A DNA stretch of 63,999 nucleotides, taken from positions 1-63,999 of IMG/VR virus record IMGVR_UViG_3300022871_000016; one strand, given 5' to 3'. The DNA comes from a virus. Taxonomy: Duplodnaviria; Caudoviricetes. Both the position numbers and the translations under genes were made by a program. Positions 1 to 9,535 of the stretch are shown piece by piece. Below the pieces are notes generated by a model, which saw nothing but the letters and a program-made list of their open reading frames with translations, was not told the origin of the DNA and did no database searches. Each line of letters begins with the position of its first letter. The stretch's first letter is position 1.

Positions 1-279
1 GGCGTAAAGTAATAGTTAAAAATTTTTAAAAGCATCCCAAAAAAAAATACACTGCTAGACTTTCAAGGCAACAGAAAAGACTTTCAAGGCAACAAAAAAG
101 CTATTACTTTCAAGGCAACAGAAAAGACTTTCAAGGCAACAAAAAAGCTATTACTTTCAAGGCAACAGAAAAGACTTTCAAGGCAACAAAAAAGCTATTA
201 CTTTCAAGGCAACAGAAAAGATTCTAAGAGCTAACTCCAATTATCTCCAATTATATCTGTTATTAGGAGTTTTAAGTTA
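1..279. repeat. Terminal overlap with 63815-63999 (circular or terminally redundant genome, about 63,814 bp)
   Basis: ggcgtaaagt...tttaagtta occurs at both ends. The end copy is 185 bp versus 279 bp, a difference of 94 bp, or two 47-bp units. Confidence 0.95.
60..221 (+). repeat. Tandem array of 47-bp units (21+26 bp) carrying 7 copies of CTTTCAAGGCAACA; iteron- or parS-like
   Basis: Core starts at 60, 81, 107, 128, 154, 175 and 201. The end copy has only 3 cores, from 63874. Confidence 0.9.
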
Positions 280-670
280 TATTTAAACCAAACGTTTTTT
301 TAAAATTGCACTCTTATTGTATATATACTATATATAGTAAAGTAACTTACTATAAATATATTATTATATTATATATAATAGAGGATTAAATGAAGCATTG
401 AAGTAATGCGGGAGCGCGATACCTCTCCCCTCCCCTCATTACAATAACGAAGTATCAAAGAATATCAGCATAGATTAAACAAAGGAGGTTTATGAAGAAA
501 GAGAACATAGAAGTAAAGAGGATAACGAAGGAAGAAGTTAATACGTTATTTCAGCTATTATATAGGCTGGATGATCATCTTGAGGTATATTGCAATAATA
601 ATTTAATTGCAATGCAAGCAATACAGCTTTTAAACTCTTACGGATTATACGGAAGCTAAAAGGAGGTTTA

Positions 671-928
671 ATGAAGGTTAAGAGTAACCACTACGAAAAA
701 ATGAAAAAGGATATATCTCAAGTGTTAGTGCATAACAAAACAACGGTTGAAAAAGAGTTGAAGTATTATATCGACAATAATCTTGGCAAAGATAAAGAGA
801 AGAGATTACGCTGGGATTTATTATATCTTGCAGGGTTGAGCAACTTTATTGTTAGAGAAGTTTATACTTACGCTTATGACCAACACGTTGATACTGCTTT
901 AAGAAATATAATCAAAGAGTTGATATAA
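671..928 (+). CDS. Hypothetical early protein
   Basis: 85-aa ORF with a strong AGGAGG RBS. Confidence 0.7.
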   Translation: MKVKSNHYEKMKKDISQVLVHNKTTVEKELKYYIDNNLGKDKEKRLRWDLLYLAGLSNFIVREVYTYAYDQHVDTALRNIIKELI

Positions 929-992
929 TTAACCAAGGAGGAAAGATGGATGATGAGATGTTAGCGTGGTTATTTCCAGAGAGTTATAGGGA

Positions 993-1055
993 TTGAATAG
1001 CGAAACGGCGGATTATCTCCGCCGTCTATGTATAACATACTGATGAGCTATTTAA
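993..1055 (+). ncRNA. Hammerhead ribozyme, type II; predicted cleavage 3' of C1026
   Basis: Stem II ttgaatagc/gctatttaa, GAAA, stem III cggcgga-ttatc-tccgccg, GTC triplet, stem I tatgt/acata, CTGATGA core. Confidence 0.9.
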
Positions 1056-1235
1056 ACAATAAAGGAGGTGAGGAAAATGTTTATAGCGTTAAGAGAGTTG
1101 ATAGAACATAAGTTTTATTGCCCTTTCTGCAACCGAGAGATTCATCCAAGTGAGGAAACGAGATACGGAGTATTTTGTTGCAAACAAGAATTTTGGTTAT
1201 CTCAATGTAAATCAGCAAAAGTATAAGGAGAAAAA

Positions 1236-1631
1236 ATGAGCAAGAGCAAAAAACGCTTACTAGCTCTTATCTTTCTGCTTATCTTTCACACTTCGAGTTA
1301 TTCAGCGAATATTGATAAGCAAAGAGCAATAAGAGCAATCATTGGTGAAGCGAGTAATCAAGGTTATATCGGAATGGTTGCGGTGGCTTGCGCAATACGG
1401 AATCGCGGAACATTGAAAGGAGTTTACGGAGAGAATGCGAAGCACGTCAGCAACGAGCCTCAATGGGTATTTGATCTCGCAGAAAAAGCGTGGCTTGAGA
1501 GTATGAACAAAGATATTACTTCTGGAGCAACTCATTGGGAAAATATTAAAGCGTTCGGAACTCCTTATTGGGTTAAGGATATGACAAAAGTGTATGAGTA
1601 TAAAGACCAAGTATTTTACAGAGAGGAATAA
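1236..1631 (+). CDS. SleB/Hydrolase_2-like cell wall hydrolase with N-terminal signal peptide
   Basis: AIIGEASNQGYIGMVAVACAIRNR and DITSGATHW motifs; basic then hydrophobic N-terminus ending SYSA. Confidence 0.8.
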   Translation: MSKSKKRLLALIFLLIFHTSSYSANIDKQRAIRAIIGEASNQGYIGMVAVACAIRNRGTLKGVYGENAKHVSNEPQWVFDLAEKAWLESMNKDITSGATHWENIKAFGTPYWVKDMTKVYEYKDQVFYREE

Positions 1632-2131
1632 GAGGTAAAGAAATGAAACAAGCAGTTCTTGTAAAAAACCAAGTAGAGCAACAAAAGTTGATTAAAGTAA
1701 AAATTCATAGTTTAAAGTACGAGATAAATAAACTCCACGTGCAACTACACTCATTCGACTTTAATTATGATGTGATTAAACAAAAGAGGTGATATGAGAG
1801 ATTTTTTGGTTCCTCGATACAAATCAGAGTTGATAAATGCTTTATCTCTTGCTTGCGGATATAGCAAGAAGAGATTAGGCAAAATGAGTAAAAAGCAGTT
1901 ATATGCTCTTTACTTCAAAACAAAAAGGGGGTAAATGTGAGTATCAAAGAAGTTATAATGAAAAGAGATGGAATCAGTGAACAAGAGGCTGATGATTTGA
2001 TCTCCCAAGCGAAAGATGATTTTGATGAAAGGTTATCTCAAGGAGAAATGCCTTTCGGAATATGTCAAGAGTGGTTTGGTTTAGAACCTGATTATATAGA
2101 CGAGTTATGGTAAACAAAAAGGAGGGAAGAG

Positions 2132-2668
2132 ATGCATTATAGAATGATAGTAACTATGGATAAAGAAAAAGCAAATGACTCCAAGGAAGCGAGGCATTTT
2201 GTTCAAGGTTGGTTGGATGAGAATGGCTTCTGCGGGCAAGGGAGATTTGCTTCAGGAATGGCTGATTGGTTTGTTATAGGTGGGAGATGGTCAGGAGATT
2301 TATCATCGGTGAGATTAGATAAAGTAAAATTAAAAACTTGCGTTGAAGAGTTTGAAAAAGATTTTGGTTGGAATACTAGCGCCGAAGATACAGAAAAACA
2401 GAGAAGAGAACAATTTGCATCTATGTTCAATAAATACTTTCCAGACTATACAGGAGTAATTCCTTTCTGGAGAGATAAGTATAATCCTATCGGAGAGGAA
2501 GATGATGCTCAAATAATTGATAAAGTATTGTATGACAACTTAATTAAAGAGTTGATTGCAGAAGAAGAGTACAAGCATTTCTGCGATATAGAGGAAGATG
2601 AGGTTGATTTATCAGAAGAGCAATTAGTTGGTAAGAAGTGGGCAGTAGTAGTTGATTATCATAACTAA
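2132..2668 (+). CDS. Conserved phage hypothetical protein (DWFVIGGRWSG motif)
   Basis: Recurrent phage motif with C-terminal VVVDYH; RBS present. Confidence 0.7.
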   Translation: MHYRMIVTMDKEKANDSKEARHFVQGWLDENGFCGQGRFASGMADWFVIGGRWSGDLSSVRLDKVKLKTCVEEFEKDFGWNTSAEDTEKQRREQFASMFNKYFPDYTGVIPFWRDKYNPIGEEDDAQIIDKVLYDNLIKELIAEEEYKHFCDIEEDEVDLSEEQLVGKKWAVVVDYHN

Positions 2669-2672
2669 GAGA

Positions 2673-2732
2673 TGCCGAAACACCTGCGAGAAATCGCAGG
2701 TGTCAGCCGGAGATACCGGCTCTGACGAGGTA
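2673..2732 (+). ncRNA. Hammerhead ribozyme, type II; predicted cleavage 3' of C2704
   Basis: tgcc/ggta stem II, GAAA, stem III cacctgcga-gaaa-tcgcaggtg, GTC, stem I agccgg-agata-ccggct, CTGACGA core; directly after a stop codon. Confidence 0.9.
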
Positions 2733-2824
2733 AAAGAGTTCAGCAAGTTATCTGTGCTGATATAAGAAAGAGGTATTATTTGTTATCTCAGCATAAATCT
2801 ATTCTAAAAAGGAGGTGAGGAAAA

Positions 2825-3016
2825 ATGAAGAAATTATATTGCGACTACTGCGGTAAGGTAAAAGAAGAGGTATCTTTTTTTATCGGAGCATCTACTGACT
2901 ACAGAGATTGGGTTATGTGGGAGGGAACAGGAAAATTATCTTGCAACTGTGAAAGGTGCTTCGAGTTAGGGAGAAAAGATAGTGAAAACGCAACAAAGAG
3001 TTTAGTTAAAAGTTAA
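2825..3016 (+). CDS. Small zinc-finger protein
   Basis: CDYCGK...CNCERC; RBS AAGGAGGTGA. Confidence 0.65.
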   Translation: MKKLYCDYCGKVKEEVSFFIGASTDYRDWVMWEGTGKLSCNCERCFELGRKDSENATKSLVKS

Positions 3017-3028
3017 AAGGAGGTTTAT

Positions 3029-3979
3029 ATGGCTCATAATTTAAATGAGAATGGTAACAGAATGTTTTACACCGGAGCGGTTCCTTGGCACGGATTAGGA
3101 GTAAAGCTCGATAATCCAGCAACAGCGAAAGAGGCAATTGAGGCATCAAAGTTGGATTATCAAGTTAATCTCCAAAAGATTTATACAGAGGACCGAGTAG
3201 AAATCGAGAATAAATTCGCAACAGTTAGAATTGACACAAACCAACCTCTTGGGATTGTTGGTAGCTCATATCAACCTGTGCAAAATACAGAGTCATTTGA
3301 TTTCTTCGATTCAGTAGTTGGAGATAAATTTGCAATGTATCATACTGCCGGAGCTTTAGGTAAGGGCGAGCGAATATGGATACTTGCAGAGCTACCAGAT
3401 ATTATCGAAGTAACGAAAAAGGATGTTGTGGAGAAATATCTTTTACTCACGAATTCACACGATGGCTGTTCAGCTTTGAAGATGTTCTTCACTCCTGTAA
3501 GAGTAGTATGTCAAAATACTCTTTCCGCTGCTCTGTCCAGAACTAAAGACGGAATCTCCATTAGACATACAGGAAATATTAACAGCAAAATAAGAGAAGC
3601 GCAAAGAGCATTAGGAATAGCAGTAACTTTCTACTCTGACTTTGAAGAATCGCTAAAAGCATTTGCAGGAGAGAAGGTAAGGGATGAGCAAGCAGAGGTT
3701 TATTTCACATCTCTTATCTGTGGCAAAGACGATTTAGATATATCTCAGAGAAAACAAAACCAAATTGGTGATTTAATGAATCTCCACAACCGTCCAGAAT
3801 ATTCAGAGAGTAAAGATACACTATGGAGTGCTTACAACGCAGTTACTCGTTACGTTGATCATTTTAGAGGTATTAAAAACAACAATCCCTCTAATAGATT
3901 ACAGAATATTTGGCTCGGGAGTGGCGCAACATTAAAGATGAAAGCGTATGATACTGCTCTGGCTTTAGTAAAAAATTAA
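3029..3979 (+). CDS. DUF932 family phage/plasmid protein
   Basis: PWHGLG, YQPVQN, TAGALGKGERIW, LLLTNSHDG, PVRVVCQNTL and TLWSAYNAVT motifs. Confidence 0.9.
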   Translation: MAHNLNENGNRMFYTGAVPWHGLGVKLDNPATAKEAIEASKLDYQVNLQKIYTEDRVEIENKFATVRIDTNQPLGIVGSSYQPVQNTESFDFFDSVVGDKFAMYHTAGALGKGERIWILAELPDIIEVTKKDVVEKYLLLTNSHDGCSALKMFFTPVRVVCQNTLSAALSRTKDGISIRHTGNINSKIREAQRALGIAVTFYSDFEESLKAFAGEKVRDEQAEVYFTSLICGKDDLDISQRKQNQIGDLMNLHNRPEYSESKDTLWSAYNAVTRYVDHFRGIKNNNPSNRLQNIWLGSGATLKMKAYDTALALVKN

Positions 3980-4003
3980 GGAAAGAGTAAAAAAGGAGGG
4001 GAA

Positions 4004-4579
4004 ATGTCAACGAGAAGCTGTATAGCGGAGAAAACAAAAACTGGATTCAAAGGAGTTTACTGTCATTTTGACGGTTATCCTACTTGTAGAGGAAAAGAGA
4101 TATGGGATATATTGATGAAAAAATTTATATTAAACAAAGGAGTAATTGGAGTTTCAAATGACGGAACTCGTGCTCTCCGATCTTTTGTTGATATTTATAT
4201 CAAGGGGCATCGTGGAGGTTGGTCAAACTTTCCAGAGAGTTGCTATTGCCATACTCCTGATTTCGTTATGAGAGATGGAGTTCCTGACGGAACAATGAAT
4301 GAAAAAACAGCAGATGCTCTATTTATAGAGTGGGTATATGCAATTGATGTTGAGAAGAAAACACTTACTATCTATGTTCAGGGTAGAGCAAAAGGAGAAA
4401 CTAAAGAAAAAGGAGTGAATGGGAATGAATGGAATTCTCCAAACTACGCTCATTGCTTCGTTTGTGAATTGGATATAAATCCAGATAGTAAAGAACCAAA
4501 TTGGGAGAAAGTAGAGGCAGACGGAGCGAAAGTTTCAAAAGATATGTCTGAGTTATATTCAACAAAAGTTAAAGTATAA
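4004..4579 (+). CDS. Conserved phage hypothetical protein (MSTRS...YCHFDGYP family)
   Basis: Recurrent N-terminal motif and IEWVYAID. Confidence 0.7.
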   Translation: MSTRSCIAEKTKTGFKGVYCHFDGYPTCRGKEIWDILMKKFILNKGVIGVSNDGTRALRSFVDIYIKGHRGGWSNFPESCYCHTPDFVMRDGVPDGTMNEKTADALFIEWVYAIDVEKKTLTIYVQGRAKGETKEKGVNGNEWNSPNYAHCFVCELDINPDSKEPNWEKVEADGAKVSKDMSELYSTKVKV

Positions 4580-4592
4580 AAAGGAGGTACTA

Positions 4593-4784
4593 ATGGAAAC
4601 AGAAGAAATTAAAGAGATCGGGATTGGAGATAAAGTTATGGTAGATGCAACGATTATAGAGATAAGGATATTGGAAAGAGGAACAACTTATCGCTTGAGA
4701 GTTGATAATGATATCTCTTATTCAGATACATTCTCAGCAGATAGAAAAACTATTACAACTATTACAACTCTACCAGAAAAGTAA
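4593..4784 (+). CDS. Hypothetical protein
   Basis: ORF with AGGAGG RBS in the early gene array. Confidence 0.6.
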   Translation: METEEIKEIGIGDKVMVDATIIEIRILERGTTYRLRVDNDISYSDTFSADRKTITTITTLPEK

Positions 4785-5057
4785 ATCTCGAAATATTGGG
4801 GAGCGGAACAATACTGCGAGGCTAAGTGCCTTGGCTCTACGCACTCCATTATATTAAGGAGGGAAAATGAAAACAAGAGTTACAAAGCAATTGAAAGAGA
4901 AAATGGGTTTAAAAATAGTTAATGGGCAAATAACAGATAAATATGGAAGAGTATTTGAAACTTATATTGATGACAAAGGGTTTGAGGATATTAAACCTTG
5001 CGGAGTTCAACGAGATATGTATAAATATAAAATCACTAAATAATAAAGGAGGTAGAG

Positions 5058-5660
5058 ATGGAAATCGTAGAACAGAAAGAATATAAAGGTTATAAAATAA
5101 ATATTTATCAAGACCAAGACCCGGAAAGTCCTGATAGTAACGGAGATGAAGTATTATTTCTCGTTGGCTATCATAGAGATTTTTATGTAGATACTAATGT
5201 TAATAAAAAATTAGCAATATGTATAGCCAACGAAGGAGTGGACGAGTATGGAGATAATGACGAAGAAGCTCTGAAATATATTAAAGAATATTATATCTTC
5301 AGACTAGAGGCATACATTCATAGCGGAGTTAGCTTAGCTCTAAAGAATGAAGGAAATTTTCCCGATCGGAGATGAGATGTGAGCCAATTAGGATTAGTGT
5401 TTGTTAATAAAACAGAAGCTAAAACAAAAAAGATAGCAAGAGGTTTAGCTCTAGATTTGATTAAAACTTGGAATGATTACTTGAGTGGTAACATTTATGG
5501 ATTTATGATAGAGGATGAATTAGGAAATGAGAAAGGTGGATGTTGGGGATATTACGGAGATTTTGAAGAAAGTGGATTATTAGATAATGCTAAAGCAGAT
5601 GTAAAACAAGATAAAAAAGAGATGAGTAAACTTTGGGAAATAGCTCAAATGGTAACGTAA
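5058..5660 (+). pseudogene. Single gene interrupted by an in-frame TGA at 5373-5375 (nonsense allele, readthrough or sequence error)
   Basis: The two listed ORFs share a frame: HSGVSLAL...FPDRR*DVSQLG...CWGYYG. The context resembles the W-D-x-x-Q-x-G motif of a common phage family. Confidence 0.7.
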
Positions 5661-5863
5661 ACAAAGGAGTTTTATGGAAAGCAAACAAATAATAAAGTTT
5701 GATGCAGAAGAGATAAAAGCATTTAAAAAGGTTTATCCAAATTTATCTAAAGAAGAGGCTATATTAAATTGGGCTCATAGAAATGGATATTCTAATTGTG
5801 ATTTAGAAGTTAAAGGAAATAAATTAACAATAACAGAAAGATTTTAATTAAAGAAGGAGGAAA

Positions 5864-6046
5864 ATGGAGTATTATGTCTTACAAGTAGTTAATAAAAAGT
5901 TTAAATTTTTTATATTTAATGCTGATACTAAAAAAGATGCAGTAAAGCAAGTAAAAAAAGATTTAAACCACACCGGAGAACAATGGTTGAAAATGATGTC
6001 AGAAAAAGAGTGGAGATCACTCAGAAAATTAGCAAGTGGAGTATAA
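5864..6046 (+). CDS. Hypothetical protein
   Basis: ORF with RBS. Confidence 0.55.
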   Translation: MEYYVLQVVNKKFKFFIFNADTKKDAVKQVKKDLNHTGEQWLKMMSEKEWRSLRKLASGV

Positions 6047-6058
6047 GGAGGTGAGGAA

Positions 6059-6337
6059 ATGTTAACAGTTAAGAAGTTAAAAGAGCTAAAGAAGCATTTT
6101 ATATTTGCAACCGGAACAGCTATTGATAATGAGTCTGGTTTATTTATAGCTAAAACAGGTAAAGAACTTCGTTGGGTAGCAGTAACAGGAGAGATTGGTG
6201 ATTGGACTATTTATTGTCATCTCTCTAATCATAATGCAGAATGGATACAAAAGCATGGAAAGAAAATTTTCGGAACACACCATATTAAAATGTGTGTCAA
6301 TTGTGATTATGAAGCGTTTAAAAAATATAGATATTAA
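6059..6337 (+). CDS. Hypothetical protein
   Basis: ORF with AAGGAGGTGA RBS. Confidence 0.65.
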   Translation: MLTVKKLKELKKHFIFATGTAIDNESGLFIAKTGKELRWVAVTGEIGDWTIYCHLSNHNAEWIQKHGKKIFGTHHIKMCVNCDYEAFKKYRY

Positions 6338-6350
6338 AGAAGGAGTTAAT

Positions 6351-6644
6351 ATGAAAAAAAAGGAAATGAAAATGTTGCCGATTAACATTGTTGAGGGAGA
6401 GATAACTGGAATAAGCATTGAGTGCAAGAATGCACTTCCTAGTGTAAGTATTAATGTATCTCTTATTGATGATTATGGGAAAAAAATAACTACAGTTGTA
6501 ATGACTACAAAAGAATATTACACCTTAGGTAAAATGGAAGTTTCTATGAAATCTTTATCTTTGATAGGAGATTTAATCAGAGAATTAAAAAACTGTGCTA
6601 TTCAATATATGAATCAGCAAAAAAAGATAATAGATACTAAGTAA
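6351..6644 (+). CDS. Hypothetical protein (start moved to ATG 6351)
   Basis: AAGGAG lies upstream of 6351; the longer call overlaps the previous gene. Confidence 0.6.
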   Translation: MKKKEMKMLPINIVEGEITGISIECKNALPSVSINVSLIDDYGKKITTVVMTTKEYYTLGKMEVSMKSLSLIGDLIRELKNCAIQYMNQQKKIIDTK

Positions 6645-6698
6645 TATAAAAAATTTAAAGGAGGTGATGAGTTGATTTAAATTGCTGAATTAAAAAAA

Positions 6699-6905
6699 GT
6701 GAATATTGGTAATTGGGTTATTTATGATAGTGGCTTTAAAAAAGAGCAAGGTAGAATTAAATCTTGGAATAAACAATTTATCTTTGTTGTTTATCATTGT
6801 GATAATCTATGGAATAAATTCCGAGACTATACTGGAGCTGCTACATGCCCTGAAGATTTAACATTTTTACCACAAGTTTTCCCACAAGAAGATGATAAAG
6901 AATGA
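6699..6905 (+). CDS. Hypothetical protein
   Basis: Co-oriented ORF with ATGA overlap to the next ORF. Confidence 0.5.
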   Translation: MNIGNWVIYDSGFKKEQGRIKSWNKQFIFVVYHCDNLWNKFRDYTGAATCPEDLTFLPQVFPQEDDKE

Positions 6906-7102
6906 ATAAAAAGGAGGTGAGTATGAGTAAAAGTGTGGAGATAGAATTTGAATACGCAGGCAAAACTACACAACAATATCATATATTTGTAGTTAAGAAT
7001 AAGGAGTTATCTCCAATCGTGTTCCCGAAGAGGATTTATTTGAAGAAAGATTATTTTAAGAAAGAACTCGCTGTCAAGATGACAGTAACACAAGGAGATT
7101 AG
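6902..7102 (+). CDS. Hypothetical protein (start possibly 6923)
   Basis: AGGAGGTGA precedes the internal ATG. Confidence 0.55.
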   Translation: MNKKEVSMSKSVEIEFEYAGKTTQQYHIFVVKNKELSPIVFPKRIYLKKDYFKKELAVKMTVTQGD

Positions 7103-7103
7103 T

Positions 7104-8696
7104 ATGGAATTATCTACGGTAACAATAGACAAAATAATTGTTGGAGAGAATATCAGAAAAGATATTACGAAAGAAAGTTTATCTAGTTTGATTATCTCAT
7201 TAAAAGAGAAAGGAATACTTCAACCTTTATTAGTAAGGAAGAATGGAAGTAAAATTGATTTACTCGATGGTCATAGGAGATTCAGCGCGGCAAAGTACGC
7301 AGGTCTTACAGAGATTCCTGTGTTATCTGTTGATGCTGAAAAAAATGATAGAGTTGAGTATCAATTAGTTGCAAATTTACAGCGCAAAGATTTAAACCCT
7401 ATTGATGAGGCATTGGCATACAAATCATTAGGAGAAAACTACAAAGCAAAAGACATTATGGTAATCACTGGTAAATCTGAGTATCGTGTAAAGAGAATAT
7501 TGTCACTCCTTGATTTATGTGATGAAGTAAAGAAAATGATTAAAGAAGGTAAAATCTCCGCAGATCATGGATTCGTGCTTACAAGGTTATCTGATGCTAA
7601 GTACCAAAAGCATTTAGCTAATGATATTATTCGCTACCGATATTCTCCGGTGAAAGCAGAAGGAGAATTAGAAAACTACTCGCAAAGATTAGAAACTGCT
7701 TGCTTTAACAAGAAAGATTGTAAAACTTGCTCATTTAATGGCAGTACATACGATGATTTGTTTGATAGGAGTAATTCTCTTAAAGGAAAATGTATGAATA
7801 ATCTTTGTTTCTCAAAGAAAATAAGAGAAGTACAAAAAGAAAAAGAGGAAGCGTACAAGAAAAAAGGCAAAAAAGTAATAATATTGAAAACCGAACCTCA
7901 ATATGGGTCAAAGGATGCAGAGTTATTAAAAGACATCGTTGATTTTTCTGGTTATGAAGGTAATGGATTTCCGGCAGAGCAATTCAAAACAGAGTGCATA
8001 AAAACTTGTCCAACATTTGCTATTATTATCGGACCAACCGGTAGAGAGAAACAAGTTTGCTTGAATAGAGATTGCTTCAAACGAACAATGCGGAAATCAA
8101 AAGCAGTAGAGCGTAAAGCAATGTCAATCAAAACAGGTGATAAAGAAATAGATGCATCAGCTCAGTATGAAGCGAGGCAGAAAGCAAACAGAGTGGATAT
8201 ATTTAAACGACAATTCTTTATATCTGAACTCAAGGTAAATGCTAAAGTGGTGCAAATTAATCGAATATTGCTTGACCAACTCTTTGATATGGAGTCAGGA
8301 GCAAGTAATAGTATATCTGGTTATCTTGGATTTAAGAAAGATTTACCAAATTACGAAGTAAGAGGAACAAAAGAGTTTAAAAATTTCTTATTGAAATTAA
8401 AAACCGATGAATTGCTTAAAATTGTTGAAAAAGTTGTGTTAGATAGATTGAGTAAATACGAAACAAAAGAATTAGAGGATCTTGGTGAAGAAGCCGGTAT
8501 TAATATCGGTAAGAAATTCAGAATTACTCAAGAATATCTCGAAAAATTCTCAAAAGCTGGTTTGCAAAAACTGTCAAAAGAATTGAAACTTAAAGTAGGT
8601 AGCTTAGCTTGGAAAGAAAAGAAGGGAGAAATTATTAAAGAAATGTTAGGACTTACAAAAACAAAAGTGCCAAAAGAAATGATAAAAGGGAGCTAA
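7104..8696 (+). CDS. parB: ParB/RepB/Spo0J family protein with Cys-rich C-terminal extension
   Basis: GILQPLLVR, LLDGHRRF and ANLQRKDLNPIDEA motifs, followed by an HTH region and several Cys clusters. Confidence 0.9.
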   Translation: MELSTVTIDKIIVGENIRKDITKESLSSLIISLKEKGILQPLLVRKNGSKIDLLDGHRRFSAAKYAGLTEIPVLSVDAEKNDRVEYQLVANLQRKDLNPIDEALAYKSLGENYKAKDIMVITGKSEYRVKRILSLLDLCDEVKKMIKEGKISADHGFVLTRLSDAKYQKHLANDIIRYRYSPVKAEGELENYSQRLETACFNKKDCKTCSFNGSTYDDLFDRSNSLKGKCMNNLCFSKKIREVQKEKEEAYKKKGKKVIILKTEPQYGSKDAELLKDIVDFSGYEGNGFPAEQFKTECIKTCPTFAIIIGPTGREKQVCLNRDCFKRTMRKSKAVERKAMSIKTGDKEIDASAQYEARQKANRVDIFKRQFFISELKVNAKVVQINRILLDQLFDMESGASNSISGYLGFKKDLPNYEVRGTKEFKNFLLKLKTDELLKIVEKVVLDRLSKYETKELEDLGEEAGINIGKKFRITQEYLEKFSKAGLQKLSKELKLKVGSLAWKEKKGEIIKEMLGLTKTKVPKEMIKGS

Positions 8697-8699
8697 ACA

Positions 8700-9122
8700 G
8701 TGATAGTAATTCTTTGTGACGGATCTAGTAGAGGTAATCCCGGACCATCATCGATAGGAGTTGTAGCTTGGGATCGCTCTAGAAACTCAAAAATCATTCT
8801 GCCTAATTATAGGTATTGTGCTGATATTGGCATCAAGACAAGTATGCAGGCAGAGTGGTCAGCGCTAATTGCAGGGATGAGGTTTGCTAATAAAAAAGAT
8901 AGAAAAGCTGAAAAGTATATCTTTTCTGATAGCAAAACTGTTGTCAATCAAGCAAAAGGATATTGGAGGATTAAACACAAAAACACAAAATTGCTCTATC
9001 TAGAGTTTATGGAATTAAAACAGCAAGTATTAAACTTCAAGATAAGTTGGATACCTAGACAATTAATCCATTTAGCTGATAGAGCAGCAAAAACTGGAGG
9101 GATAAATGAAATGTCCATTTAA
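8700..9122 (+). CDS. rnhA: Ribonuclease HI family protein
   Basis: DGSSRGNPGP, AEWSALIAG, SDSKTVVNQ and WIPR...ADRAA catalytic motifs. Confidence 0.9.
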   Translation: MIVILCDGSSRGNPGPSSIGVVAWDRSRNSKIILPNYRYCADIGIKTSMQAEWSALIAGMRFANKKDRKAEKYIFSDSKTVVNQAKGYWRIKHKNTKLLYLEFMELKQQVLNFKISWIPRQLIHLADRAAKTGGINEMSI

Positions 9123-9324
9123 CTGCGAGAACAAAAATGACATTCCAGAGTTAAATGATGCTGATGAGCATTTAGTAGTGGTAATTAATAAGACAGGGCA
9201 TATACATACTCACGGACCTTTTGCTAATGAATATGTTATGAACAAAATAGTTAACACTTTGCTCGTAGAAATGAGAAAGAATGGAATTACTTTCACACTA
9301 TTAGGAAACCAAGACAAAGATTAA
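9106..9324 (+). CDS. Hypothetical protein
   Basis: Overlapping co-oriented ORF. Confidence 0.55.
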   Translation: MKCPFNCENKNDIPELNDADEHLVVVINKTGHIHTHGPFANEYVMNKIVNTLLVEMRKNGITFTLLGNQDKD

Positions 9325-9337
9325 TAAAAGGAGGATT

Positions 9338-9523
9338 ATGACAAAAAAAGTGAGCGCAAAAGACCGCAAAATTAATATATTGGTGGGATTTACTCAAAGC
9401 GAAATTACATTCCTTGATAGGAAAGTAAAGAAGAAAATTCCCGAGATAGCATCGCGGTCAGCGCTAATAAGATTGCTTGTTAGGAACGCAATGGAACATC
9501 CAGAAATATTGAATATTGGTTAA
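9338..9523 (+). CDS. Ribbon-helix-helix (CopG-like) DNA-binding protein
   Basis: INILVGF strand, helix, then SRSALIRLLV. Confidence 0.7.
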   Translation: MTKKVSAKDRKINILVGFTQSEITFLDRKVKKKIPEIASRSALIRLLVRNAMEHPEILNIG

Positions 9524-9535
9524 TAACCTAAACCG

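Noticed and set aside
60-221. Possible CRISPR array
   Set aside because: The intervening sequences are only 7-12 bp and themselves repeat. There are no unique spacers and no cas genes.
403-442. Hairpin gtaatg-gggag...ctccc-cattac as a twister-type ribozyme
   Set aside because: It lacks the twister core and pseudoknots; probably a simple leader hairpin.
5373-5375. Genome-wide TGA recoding (code 4 or 25)
   Set aside because: Only one case was seen. Long genes are intact in code 11 and several end in TGA with ATGA coupling.
8700-9122. Reverse transcriptase, DGR or retron
   Set aside because: The ORF is a stand-alone RNase HI. I saw no RT motifs and no template/variable repeat pair differing at adenines near the fibre genes.
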